From assembly GCF_009914755.1 (NCBI RefSeq), contig NC_060928.1: a stretch of DNA of 64,000 nucleotides; one strand, 5' to 3'. Under the pieces are notes generated by a model. It saw nothing but the letters and a program-made list of their open reading frames with translations, ran no database searches and was not told where the DNA came from. This document shows, piece after piece, positions 54,352 to 64,000 of the stretch. The stretch's first letter is position 1. Each line of letters starts with the position of its first letter. This DNA is from the human T2T-CHM13v2.0 reference genome, Homo sapiens. The position numbers and the translations under genes are program-made.

Positions 54352-54515
54352 TATTTTATTTTAATTTTTTTTTAGAGACAGGGTCTCACTCTGTTTCCTG
54401 GGCCAGAGTGCCATGGTGTCATCATAGCTTAGTCTCAAACTCCTGGCCTCAAGCAGTCCTCCCACCTCAGCCTCACAAATAGTTGAGATTACAGGCATAA
54501 GTCACTGCACCCAGC
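54352..54515 (-). mobile_element. Alu monomer/deleted AluJ (FLAM-like)
   Basis: TTTTAGAGACAGGGTCTCACTCTG...CTCAAGCAGTCCTCCCACCTCAGCCTC..GATTACAGGCAT. Confidence 0.8.
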
Positions 54516-54756
54516 TCATTATTGTGTTTTAAATGATTGCAATAGTATCAAGTGCTTATTGTAAGATACAAATGATAATAAAAATGTAAGACCTATGATA
54601 TTATAACTTGGTATATTTTCCACCCCTTCCCAATGTGTTTATTTTTAAATGGAGATCACAGTGTTTGTGTGAGTGTGTGTGTATTTGTTTATATATATTT
54701 TCTGCTCTTGTTCACTTATTATTTTGTTGTGAGAATATTAACATGGTTGTAAGCTA

Positions 54757-55217
54757 TGTTATGTACTGATCCATGTCCCACTAAAATTCATATGTTGAAG
54801 TCCTAACCCTCATTACCTCAGAATGTGACCTTATTTTTCAATAATAGGGTCCCTACAGAGGTCATTAGTTAACATGAGATTATACTAGTGTAGGATGGGC
54901 CCCAATGCAATATGACTGGTGTTCTTATAAAAAGATAAAATATGGACACGGACATGCACACAGGGAGAATGCCACATAAAGATGAAGACAAGGTCAGGAG
55001 GATGCTTCTAAAAGCTAAGGAATTCAAAAGATAGCAGGAAACCACCAGAAACTAGGGGAAAGGCTTGGTACAGATGCCTTAGTCTCTTTTACAGCCTCAG
55101 GAGGAACCAACTCTGGCAACACTTCACTGTGATTTCAGGCCTCAGCATTCAGAGACAATAAATTTTTGTTTAAACTATCCAGTTTGTGGCACTCATATGG
55201 TAACTTTAGCAAACTAA
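54757..55217 (+). mobile_element. MLT1B/C-like LTR
   Basis: AAAATTCATATGTTGAAGTCCTAACCC..ACCTCAGAATGTGACCTTATTT..ACCACCAGAAACTAG..AGCAAACTAA. Confidence 0.85.
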
Positions 55218-55221
55218 GGCC

Positions 55222-55460
55222 TGTGATGTGGTGGTTGATGTGTGGATAATAGAGCCAGGAGGCCTGGGTTCAAATCTCAGCTCTACTCCAACAAGCTGTG
55301 TCATTTTGGGCATATTAACCTTTCTGTGTCTCAGTTTACTAACATATATAAAGGGAAATAACAATGGTTCAGACCTAGTAGGGTTGTTATAAGGATTGAG
55401 TCCATAGATGCAAAACACTGAAATAGTACCTGACAGCTAGTGACCATTAAGTTGTTCTTA
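55222..55460 (+). mobile_element. MIR SINE
   Basis: GCCTGGGTTCAAATCTCAGCTCTAC..GCTGTGTC..CTGTGTCTCAGTTT..AGGGTTGTTATAAGGATT. Confidence 0.85.
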
Positions 55461-56435
55461 TGTATTATTCCACAAAAACATAACTGAATATATTTTGTAC
55501 ATGAACCTTAACTTATTAATCATTCTCCATTTCTAAAAAATACTGTAAATATCACTGTAATGAACACAGTTGTAAGCAGACATTTTTTTCCATTAGGCCA
55601 GATTCCTAGATGTACAATCTTAGGTCAAAGAGTATTGGTATTTTTAAATCTCTTGATATATGTTGAAAAGTTCCTGCTTTGAACAGCTGTATTTTAAAGG
55701 GATCTCCTCATTGTACCTTGACATCATTAAATACTACAATTAATTAACAACTTTTGCTCATTTCACAGAATCATCCATTATATTTTTCTTTATTTTTATT
55801 ACTTACAATGGTAGTAAGATTGAACAAAATCTATTTTTTTAATGCTGACAGTTAAGTGACATGTATTCAAATGCTGAAAAAGAAATTTTGTTATCATGAG
55901 AAACACAACAGAGCTTGTCTTTAGAGAGGAGTTAACGATCTTTGAAATTATTTACTCCAACCTACTCCTTTCCCCTATGAGAAGCTGGATTTAATCACCT
56001 CTTTGCTAATAGAACTTAGTTTTCTTTTCAATTTTATCACTGGTAGCCTGCAGAGCTTCTTTCTACTCTAGATAAATTGCTAAGATGGATCTACAAATAT
56101 TTTGAAGTGACACATTTTCCATTCACTGAGCAACAAAGGCAGGTTATTAGTACAACCTTGCAGAGGCTGAAATACCATTGCAGTAGGTCTTTGGGATGTG
56201 TGATGTGCCAGGACTTCTCAGGTGAAAAGAGGCTAAGAAAAAAGGTGGGGAGAAATGGGCCGGTGTGTAGAGTCTGCAAGGGCAAAAGCCTATTAATCAG
56301 TGCGTCTATGAATAACAACCTGCTAATATAGTATCATGGCTTAAAATCAACCATCTCACAGGCAGTGTGTCTCAAAGCAATGCTTTGTCCTCAGTGCTAG
56401 CTTGCTGAGTAAAATTTGTCTTAAAAGGTACTGAC

Positions 56436-56767
<332 letters not shown>

Positions 56768-57153
56768 TCAGTAGTTAAACAATTAACTGAAATAAAGATT
56801 AAGGAAGAAGTATCTTGTGAAGATTCTTGCCGCCATGAGGGGCAAGAATTTTCCAGGAGATTCATCCCCTCAGAACACAGAGTTGCAATTCCTACCCCAT
56901 GAGGACGACATGAGCACTATCTCTTTCTTTGTCTTTCAGCTGACCACTTACTATACCCTTTCACACCCCCAAGATTCCCCGAAATCCACCCCTCTTCAGA
57001 ATTATTTTAGCCCTTTTGGATGGAGACCCTTCCAAGGTGTCTCCAGACAAGCTTCCTCTTGTCTGGTCCATGTGTGTATTCAGTTTCAGCCCCATCTTCA
57101 GTGAATATGCAGGTTACTCCCAGGACAGTACCCTCACCCTGGCTCACTAACAT

Positions 57154-57159
<6 letters not shown>

Positions 57160-57203
<44 letters not shown>
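57160..57203. repeat. Perfect (CA)~22 microsatellite
   Basis: Direct reading. Confidence 0.97.
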
Positions 57204-57205
<2 letters not shown>

Positions 57206-57884
57206 CTCCTTCCCTCCTCTACCTTGGGCTGGTCTAATTTTAGCATCTCATACTAGTTCTTAAGCTCCACAAACCCTAGGGTCACCTGTCAAGCTATCTG
57301 ATGCGTTTCCTTAAAGTACCTCTCAATTGGCTCGGGTACAGGGAAACACCTCCCCTTGGATGGAGGTGGCTCCACAGCACTCTTCAAACTCCAAATGAAT
57401 TTCAGCCTTTCTGTAACTGGACATGAGTGATCTCTAATTCTTAATGAATAGGTTTTTACCATCTCTTAGCTCATTCTTTTAAGTTATTTAGCAGCTTTCT
57501 GTGGGATCTAGCTATGGGTTTACTTTTGCAGTGTTTCTCAGCCTTTGGAGCTAAAAGGAAATAAAGATAATCACATTTATTATTCTGTTAAACCAACAAT
57601 TAAATTAAGGCAGAGTAATATTTAATACATTGATAAAAATTCTAAACATATTTATATAAACATATCTGTATGTATTGAGGGTACATTCTCAAAAACAAGA
57701 CTTTATCCAAAAATTTTAGCAACACACTGGTCTATAAAACCCTATGGATATGTGTAAGATCAGCTGTGGGAAGACTATTATATTGAGTGGGCAGGATGTG
57801 TTGATGACCTACACAAGGGACCAAAAATGCCTGTGAAGAGAAAAGGATGACAAAATGTCCAGGACTTGGAGATCGATTAGATGC

Positions 57885-58290
57885 TGTTATGACTGAGTTG
57901 TATCCCCCGGCTCCAATACATGCAAGCCCTAACCTTTAGTACCTCAGAATGCTACCGTATTGAGAACGAGTCTTTAAAGAGGTAATGAAGTTAAAATGAG
58001 GCTGTTAGGGTGTGCACTGATCCAATGGGAGTAGGTTTTTCTAAGAAGAGGAGATTAGACCCCACAAGAGCCACTAAGGACGCATGTTACATAGAGGAAA
58101 GGCCATGTGAGGACACAGTGAAAGGCGGCCACTTCCAAGCCAAGGAGAGTCAGTCCTCAGGAGAAATCAAACCTGCTGACACCTTGATCTTGGACTTCAA
58201 GTCTCTAGAACTATGAGAAAATAAATTTCTGTTGGCTCAACCTCCTAATATGTGATTTTGGTTATGAGGCCCTGGAAAACGAATATAGAT
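57885..58290 (+). mobile_element. MLT1A/B-like LTR
   Basis: ACCTCAGAATG..GTCTTTAAAGAGGTAAT.AAGTTAAAATGAGG..CCATGTGAGGACACAG..ACCTTGATCTTGGACTTC..GAAAATAAATTTCTGTT. Confidence 0.85.
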
Positions 58291-58846
58291 GCCCAGTGTC
58301 AGAGAATGGAGAAGGTGCTTGGACATTGATTGACTAAGATAAGAATTGTATAGTGGCATCATATATATGTATGACAGTCTTGGTAGGGAGATTCTTGCCT
58401 TTCCCTTTCTCTGCTTATTTGTCTTAAGTATCATTTACTTATCAGTCAAAGTTCAAATAAACTAATCCACAGTTCTATGCTGATGGAAGATAAGGTCAGA
58501 ATGCATTAAACACAGTATTTCAGAGCAAGTGTCTTTGAATCAGAAAAACCTGTTTAGATCCCAGCTACGCCATTTTAGGCAAGTTATGTAACCAGTCTTG
58601 CAGACTGACCAAAACCAACCTGCAATTCTTTGGTTAATGCTAATATCCTCCATTATATTAATTAACACAAAATCCTGGTTTTGTTCAGAGATAAAGATAA
58701 TTGAAGAATTTAGAGTATCAGCTTCTGAACTGTGGATTTCGATTAGTCTTTCAAAATGCTGACTAAATTTGGCATTTGTTTTCCCAATTAAATACTTCAG
58801 ATGTTACTAATTAAGGGATAAAATAAAAGTAAATATCAGATATTTG

Positions 58847-59663
58847 CAGCAGGTCCTCGAGTAGCATTGTTTATTTCAACAGTATAATGTTGATGAGAAA
58901 AAAAAAATAGATCTCCAGCCAGGGCCACTCTCTGTGTGGAGTTTCCACGTCCTCCCCATGTCTGCACGGGTTTTCTCTGAGTACTCTAGTTTCCCTCCCA
59001 CCATACCCTCAGAGGTAGACATATTTGGTTAATTACCATGTCTAAATGGTCTGGTCTGAGCAACTGTGTGTGTGTGTGTGATGGGATGGTGTGCTATCCA
59101 GGGTCAGTTCTCACCTTGTACCCTGAGCTGCCAGGATAGGCTCTGGCCACCTGCAACCCTGCACTGGAATAAGCGGGTTGGAAATAAATGAATGAAGAGA
59201 CATTAGTGCCTAGTAAAAATTCGTAAAGTAGAGGGTAATCTTACAGGCACAACAATAAACAACGCAGTGTGAAAGCACTCAGGGACCTTCCATATTTGTT
59301 ACTGTTTCCTTTTGAACTGCATGGTGGGAGGAGGGACTCCTGACCATTTTCATTTTGCAAACACTTACTCCTTGATTAAACCCGCCATCACTGATTCACC
59401 AAAAAATGAGTAAATAATTATCTTGTTTGTTTTCATTAATCTTTTATATGTAGATATAGTTCACATTTATTTCAATGTATAATGTTGGAAGTATGTTTAG
59501 TCTTTATTTAGAAGTTCGCTGATGGTTTTGTGACCAGAAATATGCTGTACAAATTTAATTCCTCTTTATATCAATTAGCCTATGGTAAAATTGTTTTCAT
59601 TATACATCATTTCACTTAAAGTCAGTTTCCAAGAACCTATTGCCATTAAGTGAGAACTTACTG
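58847..59663 (+). mobile_element. MER6 (TcMar-Tigger non-autonomous), near full length
   Basis: Termini CAGCAGGTCCTCGA / TTAAGTGAGAACTTACTG|TA; internal TGTGTGGAGTTT..CTCCCCATGTCTGC..GGGTTTTCTC. Confidence 0.85.
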
Positions 59664-62128
59664 TATATCACAGTGTCTGTGCTGAAGAATTTTAAGATAA
59701 ATGACATAATATAAAACTCTCTGAGTTCACCAGCCCATTTTTAAAATGAAGTAATTTTACCAAAGCCACATGCATAATGCAAAGATTAAGGTAAATCAGG
59801 TGTGGAAAGCATTGAGCTCCATTTCTGGCCAACACTAGGAACTTAAAAGTAATTATTTTCACTGCAACGTGACATGAATAAGATGGCTCAACAAAGAAAA
59901 TAGCCTACAAAGAAAATAGCCTCCACTTTGCTGCCAAACCAATAACTAGTAAGTCTGATGTGGAAATTTGCTGGTCGGTTGCAAACATTTTGGTGACCTA
60001 CAGATTATATCAATTAGGTTGCCATATAGAACTGTCATCTTGCTCTGGTTTTGCCAGGGGTAGGGGCTTACCACATAGATTCTTTATTGTTGAATCTTAA
60101 AATATTTTATTAATCAATTATTTGTATAGCTTTTGTTGTAATTCATCCTTTTTAATTCAGGGAAGCAATTTTCAAGTTTCACCTATTTCTGCTAAGAAGT
60201 ATATATCTATCAAAAAATATCAGACTAATACTTTTGTAGATTTGATTTTGAATTGTGGACAATGTACATATGAGTTTTTTGTCACTTTTGTGCAACAAAG
60301 CTGAGGGTTAAGAGAGAATTTGAGATTTGACACAGTCCTGTGTCCACTGGACCAAGAGAGACTGATTCAGGGTGTTAAATTCCATTTTACCCCTGAGGGC
60401 ATATAAAGTATAATTTAGGATATTGTTTGAACTCTGAACATACATTTTCAATTTGTTAAATTGCTTCTTTTCTCCTTCATCATTAACATTTGTCAATGTC
60501 TTGCCATGTAAAACTGAAAAATTGGAAGAAAATACAGTGTAGAGTAGTAACTTCCAGAAGACCTGTGCCTACTATAAGATGTCAACTATTTAAATGTAAA
60601 CTGAGAAAGTCATTCAAAATGTGAACATTTGGACAGTGTGATAATCCTCTCAATACCTGGAAACATTCTAAGTGGACTAAGTTGAAAGAAGGGAACTGAT
60701 ATGATTACAACTTGATTTATAAACAACGATTGATGTTTCTCTTTTCCAAAACTGTAATTTAAGCAGGAAAACATGTTGCCTTAGCCACTGCCATATCCTT
60801 CAGAAATAAGAACAGCTGTTTTGCCAACAGTGTGGATTTCTTTTTCTATAGTGTTAGTAGCATAAATTTTTTTTTTTCTTATTTTGAAAAGACCAGCTGT
60901 TCTGTTGTTTTGGGAATATTCCCATATGTTCTGAATGGGAAAAAATAAATGAAGCCAAACCAAATGACTTCATAAAAGAAACAAAGCTTTTCAAGACTTT
61001 CTCAACCAGAAAGTTTATAATTAGAGTGTTAATTTCCTGGGGGGAGTTTTTGCTTCTTTGTGTAACTTAAAGGACAACATTTTTTACCCATTCTTTCATA
61101 AGACTTTGTTTTGTACTTGGAATTAATAGTCCAACAAGCCAAAAATAGTTCCCAATGGTTGGCTGAAAAGCTAATTTGAGAGCCACTATAAATGTATTAA
61201 AACATGAATTACATGAATTAGTACTCAAAATCAGAATCTTACAGCCCATCAGAGAAATATGTAAATCTGCTTTACAAATGACTAATTTCATATTTGTATT
61301 TAAGCTCACAGGCACTGCTTTGGAGACGTCTGTCTTATGAATACTAATATCTAGTCTATCTAAAGGAGAACAAACAGAAACTTATTTCCTAAGAAAGCCC
61401 TCCTGAGACACTGCATGGCCTACAACTTGTGAATCAGCTGGAAGAGTCTGGCACATAAATCAACCACCATTTCTCACGCCTATAGTGACATCTTCCATTA
61501 ACCTGTAGAGTCTCTCAAGGTTATTTGTGGCAAGAGAGAAGTTGCAACCCCTTTTTTTCAGGCCTGGACCACTTACAAAGTAGGCTGACAAATGGATCCA
61601 TATGGGTGAACATGTGTCAGAACTTTCCAGGAGTGCTGGGACTGGAGGTGACCTCCCCACTTGGGAATTGTACATGGTTTGGATCTAATGTGTATGTTTT
61701 AAAAAATTGGATGAATGCTTAACCTATACTTAAGGAGGAAACTTAGCACAGAAAAAATAGGTGATTTAGACGTTTTTATCAAGACAGTAGAAATGAAGGA
61801 CTTCTGGTTTCTAGTTCTGACTCATAGTGTCCTCTGAGCTGTCATTTTTAACCCACAATGTTTCTGCATCCCCTCTGTCTTTTGCAGACTTTCAACCTTC
61901 AAGAGTCACACTTTAATTTATATTGTTTGTGTTGTAAAAATAATAAGTATATTAAACACATGTAAAATACATACACATTCCTCTCCTTCTCGCCAATATT
62001 TATATATGCACAGAGGAATTTTCTTCACCATGGCTTTGCTCTGACTGTATGAGAATCAACATCCAAGTGTAAGAGATCTGTTTATATAGTCAGACATATC
62101 ACTTAAATCTGATTTAATTTGGGAAAAC

Positions 62129-62218
62129 ATATCTATTTATAGATAGATATCTATTTATATCTATTTATAGATATCTATTTATATCTATTTATAGATAGAT
62201 TTCTATTTATAGATATCT
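62129..62218. repeat. ATCTATTTAT(AG) minisatellite-like tandem repeat
   Basis: About 6 copies of (A)TCTATTTATA with variable GATA spacers. Confidence 0.9.
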
Positions 62219-62345
62219 GTTTTCTCTGGGTATGCTAGTTTCCTCCTACACCTTCAGAAATGGGCATGTTTGGTTAATTGCTGTGTCTAAATGGTCCAGT
62301 CTGAGCAACTGTGAGTGTGTGTGTGAGTACACCCTGTGATGGGAT
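62219..62345 (+). mobile_element. Isolated internal MER6 fragment
   Basis: Aligns by eye to 58970-59087 (GTTTTCTCTG..CTAGTTTCC..TTTGGTTAATT..TGTCTAAATGGTC..GTCTGAGCAACTGTG..GTGATGGGAT). Confidence 0.8.
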
Positions 62346-62389
62346 TAAATAATGTAGTTTAATGGTTAATGATAATAATACTAATTAAT

Positions 62390-62635
62390 AATAATAATGA
62401 CATTGGCTGACACAGAATGCTATGTTACAGGTGCTAATGAATTGTAACATTTTATGTTGTCAATAATCTTTCATAACAGGTTTTTGTTTTGAGTTTTGCA
62501 TAGATCAGGTAACTAGAGCCCAAACAGGTTATCTTTCTTAAGGTCACACAGCTAATGAGAGAGAAGCTAGTATTAGAAGCCTGCTTTGCTTAACTTCAAA
62601 TCCAAAGTCTTTATTATTTTCATTGCATTATGCTG
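62390..62635 (-). mobile_element. MIR SINE
   Basis: AAGGTCACACAGCTAATGAG..TAACTTCAAATCCAAAGTCTT. Confidence 0.6.
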
Positions 62636-63468
62636 CCTTCTTGGCTAGGGCCTACCTAGGCACAATGGGGAGGAATATAGCATTTTTATTTCAAAGATAA
62701 AGGTTAAGTTTTCAGTACAATAATTTTTTTCTTCATTTGTACATTCATATCTTTTAAATCTCCCTCCCTTCTACCACAGGTATCTAGTTCCTTCATGCTA
62801 CCACAGGCCCTGCCACGTATAAAGTTATTAATTGGTTATTTTAAAGATGGAAACATTTATGACAATTTTATAAGAATATAGGGAATGGGCAAGGCTTATG
62901 CAAATCAGTGAAGTGTAAGTTACAGAATTTTCATTATCGCTTTAGGTTTTAGGGGAACTGGATATTTGCATGAAACTGAAACACTCTAAATATTATCTCT
63001 TGACTAATTCCCTTCATGCAAGGATGACTGTGAGGGCGTGGGCTCACCTGGAAAGCTGAAGCTAAACTATCATTCCTCACCACACCCACACACCCACTAC
63101 CCCAATATCAGGCTGAAGATTTGCTGAATCTGATTTCAGTTCAAATCCCAGAAAGTCCTATGCTTGTAAGCATTTCTATAGAGTACAAAGCATTGGTTTT
63201 TATTGCAAGTGCTTCTAAAAAGGTGATGTGAGTCAGAAGAATAAAAGGATGGTTGCACTGTAAGAATTAAGTGTTCTGGATGCAGTGAGACCATTCTTTG
63301 CATAAATATGACATTTACAGCTTGTGTTTCCTATTAGGCCTTCGCATAGCTAGGCTTTCTCACAGCTTTGCTTTTTTTAAAAAGCAAAGTTGAGGCTACT
63401 TTGCTTTTTAAACATACTTTGTATTCTTAGATAACTGGTTCCAGAACATAATCTAGTCTTATGGACTA

Positions 63469-63546
63469 TGTGTGTGCGTGTGCATATGTGTTTGTGTGAT
63501 ACATGTGTTTGTATGTGTATATGCGTGTGTATATATACGTATATGT
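63469..63546. repeat. Imperfect (TG/TA)n alternating purine-pyrimidine tract
   Basis: Direct reading. Confidence 0.85.
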
Positions 63547-63919
63547 CTCAGGGATAGGGCTTTTCCTCAGCCTGCCAGATATGTTACAATGTGTAAAGCT
63601 GACATGCTATTATTCAATGATGAAACAGTATGAATATTTTGTATGGGCTTTTACACCATTTAAGTAAAATATTTTGTGTCTTTCAAAAAATTTTGAATTT
63701 ATTTCAGAGTGAGAACTGGTAAAAAGTTGGAAATGGCCAACCATGTCTTTTACACTAGACAGTGCCTCTCATTAGCATGGCTCCCAAATAAGTCATTATC
63801 CAAGAAGTCCGTATTATTAAACAAAGTAGAAGTGTATGTCAACAATTGTCAAGAGTTTGAGATTTTATTCTACTGGCAACCTGACAAGTTATCATGCCAC
63901 AGTTTTATTGATGCCCTAA

Positions 63920-64000
63920 GTTGTCTCGGGTTGCTATAACAAAATATCATAAACCAGGTGGCTTAAACAACAGAAATTTATCACAGTTCTAAAGGCCGGG
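63920..64000 (-). mobile_element. MLT1 LTR end, running off the window
   Basis: GGTTGCTATAACAAAATATCATAAACCAGGTGGCTTAAACAACAGAAATTTAT. Confidence 0.8.

Noticed and set aside
63680-63725. Possible micro-exon after ATTTCAG and the 63709..63939 ORF
   Set aside because: Weak polypyrimidine tract and donor; no supporting neighbouring exons or homology.

Overview
This is primate (human-like), AT-rich, non-coding genomic DNA made up mostly of interspersed repeats (L1, L2, Alu, MIR, MaLR/ERV1 LTRs, Tigger and hAT DNA transposons). I found no supportable intact host protein-coding exon. The ORF track is explained by L1, Alu, Tigger1, hAT and HERV-W remnants or by chance. Three things stand out. (1) An L1PB element appears split in two. 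Its 5'UTR piece lies on + at 2929-3504 and its body on - at 19288-28284, and the two pieces carry matching inverted copies of one target-site duplication (AAAAATTTGG / CCAAATTTTT). This geometry is what a ~24.8-kb inversion with a breakpoint inside the L1 would produce. (2) Inside that L1 sits a 3.3-kb HERV-W (HERV17/LTR17) processed pseudogene with R-U5...U3-R-polyA structure and a 12-bp TSD. It derives from a spliced RNA and has four microhomology-bounded deletions, one of which fuses Gag to RT in frame. (3) A heavily decayed hAT-Charlie transposase fossil at about 49.0-53.0 kb, interrupted by two L1s, contains a candidate exonised segment. Repeat family names come from recalled consensus sequences, not from a database search, and subfamily calls and old-repeat boundaries are approximate. 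I see no evidence of a novel multi-gene system.
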